A DNA stretch of 64,000 bases from Spirochaetia bacterium (GCA_965226055.1 CBDDCA010000005.1:64001-128000); one strand, 5' to 3'. Numbered from the stretch's first letter, positions 19,401-28,819 are shown. Numbers and translations: made by a program. Notes: generated by a model not told the origin, from the sequence alone.

Positions 19401-21227
19401 TGAGGGAGCTGTAGGTTGCGGAGTAGTTATGTCTTGTGTGGCTTGGGTGCTTTTATTTCCTGCGTAATCAAGGGTGAGTATTGTTATGGTATAGCTCTTG
19501 CCTTGCTTGAGTTCTTCTACAGAGAGTAATGTTATAGGGAAAGCTACTTTTTTCTCATTTACCACTGTAGTGTCTATGCCTTTCTCTGCTATGCTTATAC
19601 TATATTCTTTTATGTCTTTGTTATTGACTTTTGTCCCATCAGGCTCTGTCCATGTTATCTGCACTCCTACTTTTGTTACCGATATAAAGAGATAGCTTAC
19701 TTGTATATTTGTTACTGCATCGGGAGCTGTGCTATCGTCTGCGGTGGCTACTGTGGCATTTTCTGCTGTTCCTTTGTTGCCTGCCCTGTCCATTGATACT
19801 ACTGCCACTGTGTACTCGGTGTTAGCTTTTAGCCCTGTTATCTGCGTATTTCTTAGTGCTCGATCTGTTATTGTTACTGTCTTTGCTGCCGTGCTACTGT
19901 TCTTTTCTGTTACAGCTATACTCACTCCTGCATAATCTCGTACATCGGGGGCTTGCCAGCCTACTACTATGCTTGTTGCTCCTCCTACGGCACTTACATT
20001 GCTTACAGGCTCTGTGCTTTTGTCTGTTGTTGCTTGTTCTTTTGACACTGCAGTGGAGTACTTTCCGTTTTGAGAGACATATACTTCTACTTTGTATGTA
20101 AGCGTGCCATAGAGTTTTGTGAGTGCTATGCCATCTTTTGCTACATACACAGTGGCGTATTCTTTGTTTTGTGCAGCTGCAGAGTCTAGTCCTGCAGTAC
20201 TGCCATTACTTATAATTTCCTCTGCTATGAGGGTATTTGTTGCAGTTGCTATGATGCGTACTTGTAGATTTTTTCCTGTACTAAAGTCAAATCTATTATT
20301 TCTATCATCCCACCTAATAAGCAGACTTTCATCGGCCGGGCTATTGCTTTTATCGTTTGCTGTTACTGTAAGGTCTGATGCAGAAAGTGGCGCTACTGTC
20401 TGTGAGAGTGCTGATGGCACTATGCCTCTGAGTGCTTGCTTTGCTGTACTTTTGTTACCGTTGCTATCTTTGTATACTACTGCGACATCATAGCTAATGC
20501 CGTCTATGGTGGGGACTGCAATACTCACCTCTCCTTGTGTTACATCTTGTACCGATACTTCTGTCACTCCACGAGTGGTACTTTCTATCACCTGTACTAT
20601 GGCTTCTGCTATGTCTGTCTTGCCTGACGAGAGCAATGCTTTGTCCCATGTTAGCTTTATGCCATTGCTTGCCTGTTCTACTGCTACCTGTGTAAAGGTG
20701 TCCTGCGGTGCAGTTTCATCGCTAAGTGTTGTTACAGAGCGTGTTATTTTTGGTGATACTTCTGTGTCTGAGCCTGAGTCTGATTTTTGGGCTTCTATCT
20801 CTACAGTATAATCAGTAGTAGCAAGCAAGCCTCTGAGTACATAAGGTCTGTTTTGTTGAAACAATGCACGATATTCTATTGCAGGAACATGCACTGATAT
20901 TGATTGCGATGGCACTGTTGATATAGCAGTTACGACTACATGCGTAGCATCACTGGGAGCTTGCCAGCGTAACGAGAGCATCCCGTCATCGCCTGCCGCT
21001 TGTATCTGCACATTGGACACTGATGCAAGTGTCGGTATTACTGGTGGAGTTATCTCTCCTGATGAGGAACTACTACTGCTTTCTGCACATCCTAGCATGA
21101 AGAAAGTAATTACTACTAGCATCCATGCTAGTGCAACTATAGTTATATTCTGCCTATATTGAGGTTTATCTCCCATACCCCGATTTTTTTTCACACTTTG
21201 TAATTCCTTATCCATCCATTTTTTCAT
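16482..21227 (-). CDS. giant Fn3/Ig-like plus DUF285 surface lipoprotein, paralog 2 (intact)
   Basis: RBS AAGGAGG and ATG 21227 (MKKWMDKELQ). Lipobox MLGC followed by a Ser run. Colinear with paralog 1, with C-terminal DUF285 repeats. Confidence 0.88.
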   Translation of the reverse strand: MKKWMDKELQSVKKNRGMGDKPQYRQNITIVALAWMLVVITFFMLGCAESSSSSSSGEITPPVIPTLASVSNVQIQAAGDDGMLSLRWQAPSDATHVVVTAISTVPSQSISVHVPAIEYRALFQQNRPYVLRGLLATTDYTVEIEAQKSDSGSDTEVSPKITRSVTTLSDETAPQDTFTQVAVEQASNGIKLTWDKALLSSGKTDIAEAIVQVIESTTRGVTEVSVQDVTQGEVSIAVPTIDGISYDVAVVYKDSNGNKSTAKQALRGIVPSALSQTVAPLSASDLTVTANDKSNSPADESLLIRWDDRNNRFDFSTGKNLQVRIIATATNTLIAEEIISNGSTAGLDSAAAQNKEYATVYVAKDGIALTKLYGTLTYKVEVYVSQNGKYSTAVSKEQATTDKSTEPVSNVSAVGGATSIVVGWQAPDVRDYAGVSIAVTEKNSSTAAKTVTITDRALRNTQITGLKANTEYTVAVVSMDRAGNKGTAENATVATADDSTAPDAVTNIQVSYLFISVTKVGVQITWTEPDGTKVNNKDIKEYSISIAEKGIDTTVVNEKKVAFPITLLSVEELKQGKSYTITILTLDYAGNKSTQATQDITTPQPTAPSEDLFQNRPALDTTGAVQIKATFKTAPGIGRYYILRMYDSTTLVSEKSTTGGTKDIIFGIADGVEVPKSQANTKNYRFTFLIIANNIVSPITTLADTVAVYDSTSTAPPAPKDAILSVKSEKKTTATAIYMFNAGDITDTNKAPNGSKLKQTQIQYKVYIAEGDHSKKTLDAIKALAGVQTRDIAGDSALQVRFIGKKDTSYTAGVEAINSLNPSYSIAGSSATIKTVTLTTPSTAPKELTYISNNAVVFAVPTAGSNSGKKVITVQVNASAIAGVSKVDGNALEATDLAYYVLYLKKEYINQKPAGVSALWAVGKSCGKVAKYTKATGVANQAIIQIPIVDSTSAGNAGATPIETAKDYYIGVRVVNTTSPNYDASNIDKLFPTGFYTDVAEIKEVYTSNAVAPDQSLLAGKLVVSQSTSTTGTIKLALTELSTFTGAKNYDGTNITASNQLVYTVYGLQQDTTPTVAEVLAGRKVNIGSATSGVYTVPALASLGLSLDTDPIIAIKGATKYHFVVKVAIKTDPSKKVASSSVASVTTASQATAPTEVRSIQTRVAQTGMKVFWAVPSLSASRKTDTGDTLTAAQVSYKIYKVAKSGDIQRTVTQIKNADSSPTTIAVGTTSTTLTGLTNRKIYEIVVQAVNSTDDTKISAGQRHEFEARTVIIENTMVVSAEVGNKQAINTTRILTSSVSFTCDATILEADAKRIKEETGLAVSFSKNTNTVTVTGIANKSNIHDIAITEYSYNVVQCSVGSSKIPATIIIKTVLKAAPSGKAEAYYRPITKAKLQTIISEEKTRQGSGGNNNPSPDLNMIDTSAITSMNSLFNRDSTFNGDITQWNTSNVEDMQSMFKSTNNFNQDIGNWDVGKVTNMFSMFDSATAFNQDIGNWNMSNVKNTNTMFKGTDAFNQDIGNWDVGNVERNFAMFYNASKFDQNLSSWKMCKGTISSIMFDNSAMAGKTSKYPKGKGDPACTS

Positions 21228-21438
21228 AGATGCCTCCTTGTTGGTTATTTTATTATGTGTATTATTATACATACGAATAGTAAAGATAATATTATTTTTA
21301 TGTTAAAATAGTATTATTTTTATTTTCTTTTTTATGTTTATTTCTTGAGGCTGATCCATTTAGGGTACTAGTGTGAATCATTCCCTCTATTATTTTCATT
21401 GAAGTAATGATACTATTTTTGATATAATAAAAGAAACT

Positions 21439-22563
21439 ATGGTTGATAAATTATTTTCCTCATCTCCAACAAATATAAAAAATGTAAATACTCTTAGTGA
21501 AAATTTTGCAAAACAGACACATGATGTACAAAATATGCTTTTAGATGCATATAACTCTTTATTTAATGGAGATATAACTACGGCATCTGCATATATAAAA
21601 AATGCACGATCAAAAGATGTAAATAATATTCAAGTAAAAGAAAGTGAAAAATTACTTACAAAATGGATAGATATTTTTAGACAACTTAATCAAAATGAAA
21701 AATACTCCTATGAAGATAAAGCTGATTACATTATAAAAGAGTGGTATGCATTTTTACAATCATATAACAATATAGACCCACGAATTACACGAAATCAAAA
21801 TACCATCATTCCTAAAAATGGAAAAGAAGCATTCCAAAAATATATCATTTCTTATGCAAAAGAACTATACTTGCAGTATATCAATGAACACCCCGATAAA
21901 AGAAATACTTCTGAGTTTAGAATAAAATTTTTTCATTGCTTAAAACTATTAGGAGAATATGAAAAAGCTATAAGTTTTTTAGAGTCCTGCTTTCCTCATC
22001 TCTCCATCAATAAAAAAGCATATATTCTTTCTCATTTAGCTGATTGCCATGAATACTTAAAATACAATGATAACGCAAAAGTATTTTTTAGAAAGGCGTT
22101 TGAACTCTCTCCTTCATCAATAAAAATAGAAGAAATTCAATCACAAATGCTTCATGATATCATGCTTGCAATAAAAGAAGGAAACAGATACATAGAAAAA
22201 TATTATCAGTACTGGATACCAGTCTATGGATATATAATGGGATTTTTTAATATCAAAGTAAAATTAAGTCCTATAGAAGTATCAAATATCACACAAGAAA
22301 TATATTCTTTAGAGATAAAATTACAAGATATAAAATCACTTGGAAACGATGATCCTGCAATCATCCTCCCTATTTTTTTATCAAGAATATTTTTACTATT
22401 TGATCATTATTCCTTATATCCAACATATAATAATTCATCTAAAGAATTACTACAAAGAATTGCTCGATATGATCCTTTTATATTTGAAAAATGGCAAGGG
22501 ATACTAAAAGTGCAGCAAGAATTAAAAACTGATACTAAATCTTTCAAAGTGATTGAACAATGA
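21439..22563 (+). CDS. TPR-like hypothetical protein
   Basis: 374-aa helical ORF with TPR-like LGEYEKAISFLE and AKVFFRKAFELSP. Overlaps the adk start (ATGA). Confidence 0.7.
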   Translation: MVDKLFSSSPTNIKNVNTLSENFAKQTHDVQNMLLDAYNSLFNGDITTASAYIKNARSKDVNNIQVKESEKLLTKWIDIFRQLNQNEKYSYEDKADYIIKEWYAFLQSYNNIDPRITRNQNTIIPKNGKEAFQKYIISYAKELYLQYINEHPDKRNTSEFRIKFFHCLKLLGEYEKAISFLESCFPHLSINKKAYILSHLADCHEYLKYNDNAKVFFRKAFELSPSSIKIEEIQSQMLHDIMLAIKEGNRYIEKYYQYWIPVYGYIMGFFNIKVKLSPIEVSNITQEIYSLEIKLQDIKSLGNDDPAIILPIFLSRIFLLFDHYSLYPTYNNSSKELLQRIARYDPFIFEKWQGILKVQQELKTDTKSFKVIEQ

Positions 22564-23213
22564 TAAAACTTGGAATATTAGGTCCTCCAGGATCAGGAAA
22601 AGGCACTCTGTGTGATGCACTTACCAAAAAGTATCATATGGTACACCTTGCTACAGGAAATATTTTTAGAAAAATTATTCAAGAAAATGATGTACTAGGA
22701 AAGAAAATACATGCGTTGATCACTGAAGGAAATTATGTCCCTGATTCAATAACGATTGAAGTAGTACAACAACATCTCGTACACACAGATACTCAAAATA
22801 AAGGATATGTACTTGATGGCTTTCCTCGAACACTTGAACAAACGAAATGGTTATTACAATATGCCTCCCTTGATTTTTTCATTATTTTAGATGTTGATTA
22901 TGATATCATCATGCACCGTATTACAGGAAGAAGAATACACCCTCGTTCTAATAGAGTATACCATGTCACCAATAATCCCCCTAAAGTTGCAGGAAGAGAT
23001 GATATAACAGGCGAAAGCCTCATACAAAGAGAAGATGATACTATTGAAAAAGTACAGCACCGACTAGAAATATATACACAAACTTCAAAAGAAATAGTCC
23101 CTCTTCTAAAATCACATGTTACCTGTATTCATATCAATGCCTCACAACAAAGAGAAAATATGATAGCAGAATGCTTACATATTCTTAACAAAAAATATAC
23201 AGCAACACCATAG
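22560..23213 (+). CDS. adk: adenylate kinase
   Basis: GPPGSGKGT, LDGFPRT, and LID domain RRIHPRSNRVYH...DDITGE.LIQREDD. Confidence 0.95.
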   Translation: MIKLGILGPPGSGKGTLCDALTKKYHMVHLATGNIFRKIIQENDVLGKKIHALITEGNYVPDSITIEVVQQHLVHTDTQNKGYVLDGFPRTLEQTKWLLQYASLDFFIILDVDYDIIMHRITGRRIHPRSNRVYHVTNNPPKVAGRDDITGESLIQREDDTIEKVQHRLEIYTQTSKEIVPLLKSHVTCIHINASQQRENMIAECLHILNKKYTATP

Positions 23214-23214
23214 C

Positions 23215-24570
23215 TTACTGCCCTATATCAATAGCATACCTATCGTATATCCGAAGTATACGAGTTCTCAGTACATCAGTAGGAACCCTATCAAGTAATA
23301 CTCTAAGAGTGTCCAATTCTCTTTGTGTAGCACCATACCCTGCTTCAAGTGCAGATTCAAGGTATTGGAGACCTCTTAAAAAACGCTGTGGTACTATAAT
23401 ATCATAATCACTATCAAATAGTATTTGAGCAAGTACAAAGAAAATCTCTGTTAATTCAGATCTTTTATTGCTATCATCATTATCAACTTCAGACACTAAT
23501 GGAGTGTCTGACTCAGAAAGTACCTCGCCACTTTCTCCGTCTCCACTTTCCGCTGGAGTTTCTTCAGCTACGCTCTCATCTCCACTTTCCGCTGGAGTTT
23601 CTTCAGCTACGCTCTCATCTCCACTTTCCGCTGGAGTTTCTTCAGCTATGCTCTCATCTCCACTTTCCGCTGGAGTTCCTTCGGCTATGCTCTCATCTTC
23701 ACTTTCCGCTGGAGTTCCTTCGGCTATGCTCCCGTCTATACTTTCCGCTGGAGTTTCATATTGATTATCTTGTATAGTATCACTCTCTACTTCTACAAAG
23801 GAGTCTTCGTTATTATCTGATACATCAGATGTATTTAATTCTTTCTCTATTTCTTGTACTAAAAAAATATAAAGAGAATACGCATACTGAGATAAACGAG
23901 ACTCAAGGAGCATGTTTGCAAAATGCCTTACTTCTTCAAATGAAATATTTTTTTGCCTATATTCTACTGCTACCCTTTCTATAACAAACTGTATATCCAA
24001 AACAACAGTAGCTTGTGTCTTTGTTGTATTACTTTGATCATTATATAACTCAAGCAATACACGAAAGTAACTTTCCAATACTTTAACATTAATATCTGCA
24101 ATTTGAATTGCTTGCTGAAAATAATCATATGAAGTACGAAAATTCCCTATCCGTGCATAGAGTACCCCTAAGTTACTCAATGCTCTTAGTTGATATTTTG
24201 TATCTTCTAATAGTGATATATATAATTCAATAGCTTTCTCATTTTCCTCTGTAAGTAAATAGTAATAGGCATTTAGTTCTTGTACTATTTCATTATCCTT
24301 ATCCTGTTGTAGAATACTATCAAGCATTGATCTGGCTTGTGAATACTCTTCTAAAAGAAGATATATATCAACAATTTTTATTTTAAGTTCAAGTGTGTTA
24401 TCAAAACGTAACGCTTCATTAAAATTTTCAAGAGCAGCATCATACTCTTTTGCTGTATAGTGTATATTACCCTGTTGAATATACTCATTGGCACGCTCTT
24501 TTTGTTGGCTAGCACAGGAGACATATAAAATAAATATAATAACACACAAAAAATATAATAAGCGAAACAT
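23215..24570 (-). CDS. TPR lipoprotein with an acidic tandem-repeat insert
   Basis: Lipobox YVSC, several TPR motifs, and (EETPAESGDESVA)n. Confidence 0.75.
   Translation of the reverse strand: MFRLLYFLCVIIFILYVSCASQQKERANEYIQQGNIHYTAKEYDAALENFNEALRFDNTLELKIKIVDIYLLLEEYSQARSMLDSILQQDKDNEIVQELNAYYYLLTEENEKAIELYISLLEDTKYQLRALSNLGVLYARIGNFRTSYDYFQQAIQIADINVKVLESYFRVLLELYNDQSNTTKTQATVVLDIQFVIERVAVEYRQKNISFEEVRHFANMLLESRLSQYAYSLYIFLVQEIEKELNTSDVSDNNEDSFVEVESDTIQDNQYETPAESIDGSIAEGTPAESEDESIAEGTPAESGDESIAEETPAESGDESVAEETPAESGDESVAEETPAESGDGESGEVLSESDTPLVSEVDNDDSNKRSELTEIFFVLAQILFDSDYDIIVPQRFLRGLQYLESALEAGYGATQRELDTLRVLLDRVPTDVLRTRILRIYDRYAIDIGQ
23541..23758. repeat. 39-bp coding tandem repeat, about 5.5 copies
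   Basis: Unit ctccactttccgctggagtttcttcagctacgctctcat at 23541, 23580, 23619, 23658, 23697, and a partial copy at 23736. Confidence 0.92.
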
Positions 24571-24667
24571 AAATTATGGTTTTCTTTATTATTATATTGA
24601 ATAGTAAGTATAATGACTATTATATATTAGGAAACAGTTAATACAATTACTGAATAATACAATATAT

Positions 24668-24740
24668 TGAGCCGCGCAGGATTTGAACCTGCGACCACCG
24701 CCTTAAAAGGGCGTTGCTCTACCAGCTGAGCTAGCGGCCC
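24668..24740 (-). tRNA. tRNA-Lys(UUU)
   Basis: GGGCCGCTAGCTCAGCTGGTAGAGCAACGCCCTTTTAAGGCGGTGGTCGCAGGTTCAAATCCTGCGCGGCTCA; anticodon TTT. Confidence 0.95.
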
Positions 24741-24743
24741 AAT

Positions 24744-24815
24744 CATCTCCTAGGGGAGTTGAACCCCTGTTGCAAGAATGAAAATCTTGAGTCCTAACCA
24801 CTAGACGAAGGAGAC
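24744..24815 (-). tRNA. tRNA-Glu(UUC)
   Basis: GTCTCCTTCGTCTAGTGGTTAGGACTCAAGATTTTCATTCTTGCAACAGGGGTTCAACTCCCCTAGGAGATG; anticodon TTC. Confidence 0.95.
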
Positions 24816-24826
24816 AATTTAATCTT

Positions 24827-24855
24827 ATTATAAAAAATGTAGAAGAAAAAATCAA
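24827..24855 (-). promoter_or_regulatory. promoter of the tRNA-Glu/tRNA-Lys pair
   Basis: TTGATT, 17-nt spacer, TATAAT, just upstream of tRNA-Glu. Confidence 0.55.
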
Positions 24856-24899
24856 GTCCTCTATAAAGAAAATTGCAGATTCAAGTATTAAATGCAACA

Positions 24900-25260
24900 A
24901 AGGAGCAAAAAAAAGAGTATAGATGGCTGGTAGCCCGAACAAATAGCAGGAAAGCTTCGCATTGATATGCCCATATTCTATAACCAGTATGCTCTTAGTC
25001 ATGAGACGATATATCAATTTATTTACCGTATCGCTCCTCATTTGACACACTCTCTGAGAAAACAGCACATAACAAAAGAAACACATCTCGCTCTTGCTCT
25101 GCTGCTCGTATCCCCATCGTGTCTCAGTACACAAACGAGACAATGTTTATGAGGAATATGGCTACTGGTAAGTAGATCTTGTTGGCTCTTCTTAAAAAGC
25201 TACTGTGCTTGCTTTAGGAGAAAAACATACTCGCTCTGTTCTCTTTCATAGGAGAGATAC
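24900..25260 (+). pseudogene. IS30-family transposase relic
   Basis: One frame reads GW*PEQIAGKL...LSHETIYQFIY. A shifted frame reads EEYGYW*VDLVG...LALGEKHTR. These match the IS30 motifs WSPEQI, SHETIY, GHWEgD and ERKSR, with stops at 24931 and 25169 and a frameshift. Boundaries approximate. Confidence 0.8.
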
Positions 25261-25391
25261 AAACTCTCATAATACTTTCGTATTGCAAGATTGTAAGTCT
25301 TGTGTGTCTACCATTTCCACCATACCTACAATATACAATAAGAGTGTTTCTTATAAGAAACACTCTTATTATTTATATCAAATAATATTGA

Positions 25392-28300
25392 TTATTGAAA
25401 GGTAGGGTATGTATTTCTTTTTCCTTCCATTGGAATACTTACAAAACTATTTTCTAAGAATTTAATATGTATATGACCATATAAAGGTTTATCAATTCCT
25501 GTATTCCAACTTACGTCTTTTCCATAACTTTTTTCAAATACTGTTTTATTGATTCTCCATTTACTAAGATCTTGATCAAATTTTTGAGAATTTTTGAACA
25601 TAAATTTCATAAATCTTATGGAAGAAATATTCCAACCTGATATATCTTGATTAAATTGTTCGGTATCTTCAAACATAGATGTCATATTGTAAACTTTAGA
25701 AGTATCCCAATTGGATATATCTTGATTAAAATTAGTAGCATTTTTAAACATCTGGTCCATATCATTTACTCTAGAAGTATCCCAATTGGATATATTTCCA
25801 TTAAAAGAACTTGCTTCTTCAAACATACCTCCCATATCATTTACTTTAGAAGTATCCCAATTGGATAAATCTCTATTGAATTTTGTTGAACGCATGAACA
25901 TAAACTTCATATTGGTTACTTTAGAGGTATTCCAATTAGATACATTAGGGTTATAATCTTTATTAACAAATAATTTAGACATATCAACTACTTCACTAGT
26001 ATCTACTAATCTTAAATTTTCTACTTCTTTATCTTTTTCTAATAATTCAATTACTCGTAATAATTCTTTATTACTAGTAGGCCTATAGAAGGTTGCACTT
26101 CTACCACCGACTTTTACTAGTTTAGTATTTACATTCACAGTCAAATCCTTTGTTACATTCCAATTTGGTATAGTAAATCTTATTTTACCATATTTCCTAT
26201 TAGTTATTTTAGAATCATAAAAATTACTTTTATTAACAATTCCTGTTATATGAACAGTATTATTACTAAAAGATGCTGTTAATCCTGTATCATGTTTTAA
26301 TCTATCTAAATCAGCTTTATCGAATGTAAATGATGAATTTAAGCTAACTCTCTTATTATTACTTCTTGTCCACTGTTGATTACCATTAACTATTCTTTTT
26401 TCTAAAACAGTAGCACCTATAATTAATTTTTTATTAACAGAATCTCCAACATTAAAATTAGCTCTTGCTATGTTGAGATCATAATCTATAACTAACTTCC
26501 AAGTTTCAAAATGTTGTGTTTTTCCATTTGAAACTTTTGTTTTATCAGTTTCATTAACTGAAGTTATTGCTATAGCATATGATGTTTCTGCATATACATC
26601 ATCTAAAAGATGTTTTTTAGTATTTGCAGGTATATTTATAGCTACTCCTTCATTTTTAATTCTGTCTAAATCATAATCATAACCGAATTCATCATCATCA
26701 AGTTTTTTAACATATAAAATATATGAAATTTCTGATATAGATAATATATCTCCGTCATTATTTTTATGAATTTCACTATCTATTGTTGGATAATCCCATA
26801 TCATATTGATACCACTAGATATGAATTTAAATGAAAAATTGCTTACTTCTGGAGGAATTTTTGTAGTGTTATCTATGGTACCACATATGGGGCTTCCTTT
26901 AAAATTAGGTCTCTTATTTTTTGGTATATATAAATCATCTGCATAAACATCTTTAATTCTCACATGAAAATCACTATCTGTAAGTGTTATTCTACACATA
27001 TTCCATGATGAAAAATCATGATCATAGAAATATAATCCACTGTATAGAATTCTATTTGCTTTTAAAACATTATTTGTATTCCAATTTTCAACACCATGTA
27101 TAAAAGCTCCACTTTGTAAATTTACTTGAGAAAATAGTTCTGTCATATCAGTTACATTAGAAGTATCCCAGTTTGATAAATCACTTTTAAACCTAGTTAC
27201 TCCATAAAATGTACTATTCATATTAGTAACATTTGAAGTATTCCATTTTGAAATATCTCCACTAAATTCATATATTTTATTAGTATTTTTATCTTTAAAA
27301 TCATATACATCTTTACTTAATTTTGAACTAAATAAATTACTAAAACTTTTTACATTACTTGTATCTATTATGTTTAAATCAGCAGATATTCCTTGAATGT
27401 CTATTTCTTGAGTAATATCAGCTATTAACTCACTGCTGTCAAGAGGAATATGTTTATATCCTATTATCAGATCTATAGTTTTACTAACTGTTCTGTTATC
27501 TTCTGATGTAAATCCTATGGTATATCTTCTGTTTCCCATTTTTGTAGCAATACCAGAAATAGAACCATCCAATTTATTAAATGTTAATCCAAATGTTTTA
27601 GATAAATCATCGGGACTAATAGAAAAAGTTCCTCTATCGGTATTAATACTTTCTGGTAATATTATGGATTCTATTTTAGTTATTTTCTCTTTTCCATAAT
27701 TACCTTGGGATACTAATCTTTTTTCAGTTATAAATATATCAGAATTTTCTTCTCTAAATTGTAATGAAATAGGTTCATCTGTATTAAATTCAAAAAGTTG
27801 ACTATTTGTAACCTTTGATACATCTGTATTATTTACAGATTGTAATACTATATTATAAGTTGTATTTGGCATTAAACCTGTTATAGTTATTCCTTCTTGT
27901 TGTGCTTTTAAAACTATCGGATTTCTATCAGATATTATAACTGCATCTACATCATTATTTTCTATCTTGTTTTCCTTTAATTTATATACTTTGTATATAA
28001 TATTTTGCTTAGTTAATTGGTTTTCTTCATTATCTAAATGAGTATCATCAAAAGGAAGCAATGCTCCTCTCCATTGTAATGATATAGATGTTTCAGTAGA
28101 GTTAGTTTTTAGTATTTTATTATTATTAAAACCAGGAGGATTAGTTGCTTTACTCCCTAAGGATATTGATTTAATATTACTATAAGTAATCTTACTCATA
28201 TCTGTTTTAATTTGAACTGAAAACATAAAATGATATGTTTTTTGTTCTTCAAAATTCACTCCATCTATTTCAGTTTCATTTATGTATTCTAATTTTCCAT

Positions 28301-28685
28301 TTTTAAAATTAATGATAGTATGTTTTTTTATCATTTCATTTAATTCTGGGACTATTGATGATTCTTTGACATATAATTTATATACCAATTGATCATTACT
28401 CGTTATATTTGTTCCATCTCTATTTTTCATATTAGTATATTTTTCTAAAGAATATACTGTTAGATTTATCGTTTCTATATTTACTCCTTTACCAAGAGAA
28501 ATTTTATTCAATAATAAAGAAGGATCAGCAGCTACCGATAGGGATATATCACCACCACCTCCATTCCCTCCCCCATTATTAGAAGATAGGTTGCTAGAAC
28601 TTTTATTTTTTTCACAATTAATTAAAGTCATACTTACTGGTGTTAATATTATTATTAACATTAAAAACATTACATTTTTTTTCAT
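25392..28685 (-). CDS. DUF285/Fn3 surface lipoprotein, paralog 3 (divergent, AT-rich, two DUF285 blocks)
   Basis: RBS AAGGAG and ATG 28685, lipobox LINC, S/G/N tether. Shares the stalk module (DGTNITSNDQLVY, IKTDMSK) and has two WDTS/WNTS repeat arrays. Confidence 0.85.
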   Translation of the reverse strand: MKKNVMFLMLIIILTPVSMTLINCEKNKSSSNLSSNNGGGNGGGGDISLSVAADPSLLLNKISLGKGVNIETINLTVYSLEKYTNMKNRDGTNITSNDQLVYKLYVKESSIVPELNEMIKKHTIINFKNGKLEYINETEIDGVNFEEQKTYHFMFSVQIKTDMSKITYSNIKSISLGSKATNPPGFNNNKILKTNSTETSISLQWRGALLPFDDTHLDNEENQLTKQNIIYKVYKLKENKIENNDVDAVIISDRNPIVLKAQQEGITITGLMPNTTYNIVLQSVNNTDVSKVTNSQLFEFNTDEPISLQFREENSDIFITEKRLVSQGNYGKEKITKIESIILPESINTDRGTFSISPDDLSKTFGLTFNKLDGSISGIATKMGNRRYTIGFTSEDNRTVSKTIDLIIGYKHIPLDSSELIADITQEIDIQGISADLNIIDTSNVKSFSNLFSSKLSKDVYDFKDKNTNKIYEFSGDISKWNTSNVTNMNSTFYGVTRFKSDLSNWDTSNVTDMTELFSQVNLQSGAFIHGVENWNTNNVLKANRILYSGLYFYDHDFSSWNMCRITLTDSDFHVRIKDVYADDLYIPKNKRPNFKGSPICGTIDNTTKIPPEVSNFSFKFISSGINMIWDYPTIDSEIHKNNDGDILSISEISYILYVKKLDDDEFGYDYDLDRIKNEGVAINIPANTKKHLLDDVYAETSYAIAITSVNETDKTKVSNGKTQHFETWKLVIDYDLNIARANFNVGDSVNKKLIIGATVLEKRIVNGNQQWTRSNNKRVSLNSSFTFDKADLDRLKHDTGLTASFSNNTVHITGIVNKSNFYDSKITNRKYGKIRFTIPNWNVTKDLTVNVNTKLVKVGGRSATFYRPTSNKELLRVIELLEKDKEVENLRLVDTSEVVDMSKLFVNKDYNPNVSNWNTSKVTNMKFMFMRSTKFNRDLSNWDTSKVNDMGGMFEEASSFNGNISNWDTSRVNDMDQMFKNATNFNQDISNWDTSKVYNMTSMFEDTEQFNQDISGWNISSIRFMKFMFKNSQKFDQDLSKWRINKTVFEKSYGKDVSWNTGIDKPLYGHIHIKFLENSFVSIPMEGKRNTYPTFQ

Positions 28686-28819
28686 ATTTTTCTCCTTTTT
28701 CAAAATTAATACTTGAATTTTGAATAAATATAGCTATATTATAAAATAAAAACACAAAAAAAGCAATATTAAAAACCCTATTTTGGAAAAAAATGTAACA
28801 ATACTCCATTTGTAATGTA

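Noticed and set aside
12316-20811. Many + strand ORFs over paralogs 1 and 2 (and 52305-59126 over paralog 4)
   Set aside because: Antisense shadows produced by the GCA/ACA/GTA codon bias of the real genes. They are Leu/Cys/Val-rich and have no recognisable motifs.
11571-21227. Diversity-generating retroelement acting on the variable C-termini
   Set aside because: No reverse transcriptase in the window and no non-coding template repeat; the differences between paralogs are not confined to adenines.
23541-23758. 39-bp repeats as a CRISPR array
   Set aside because: The units are contiguous with no spacers and lie in frame within a CDS.
24703-25143. 146-aa minus-strand ORF
   Set aside because: It overlaps two tRNAs and is antisense to the IS30 relic.
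24931-25171. Stops within conserved IS30 motifs as evidence of stop-codon recoding
   Set aside because: Different stops (TAG, TAA) replace different residues and there is a frameshift. Housekeeping genes end normally with TAA, TAG or TGA.
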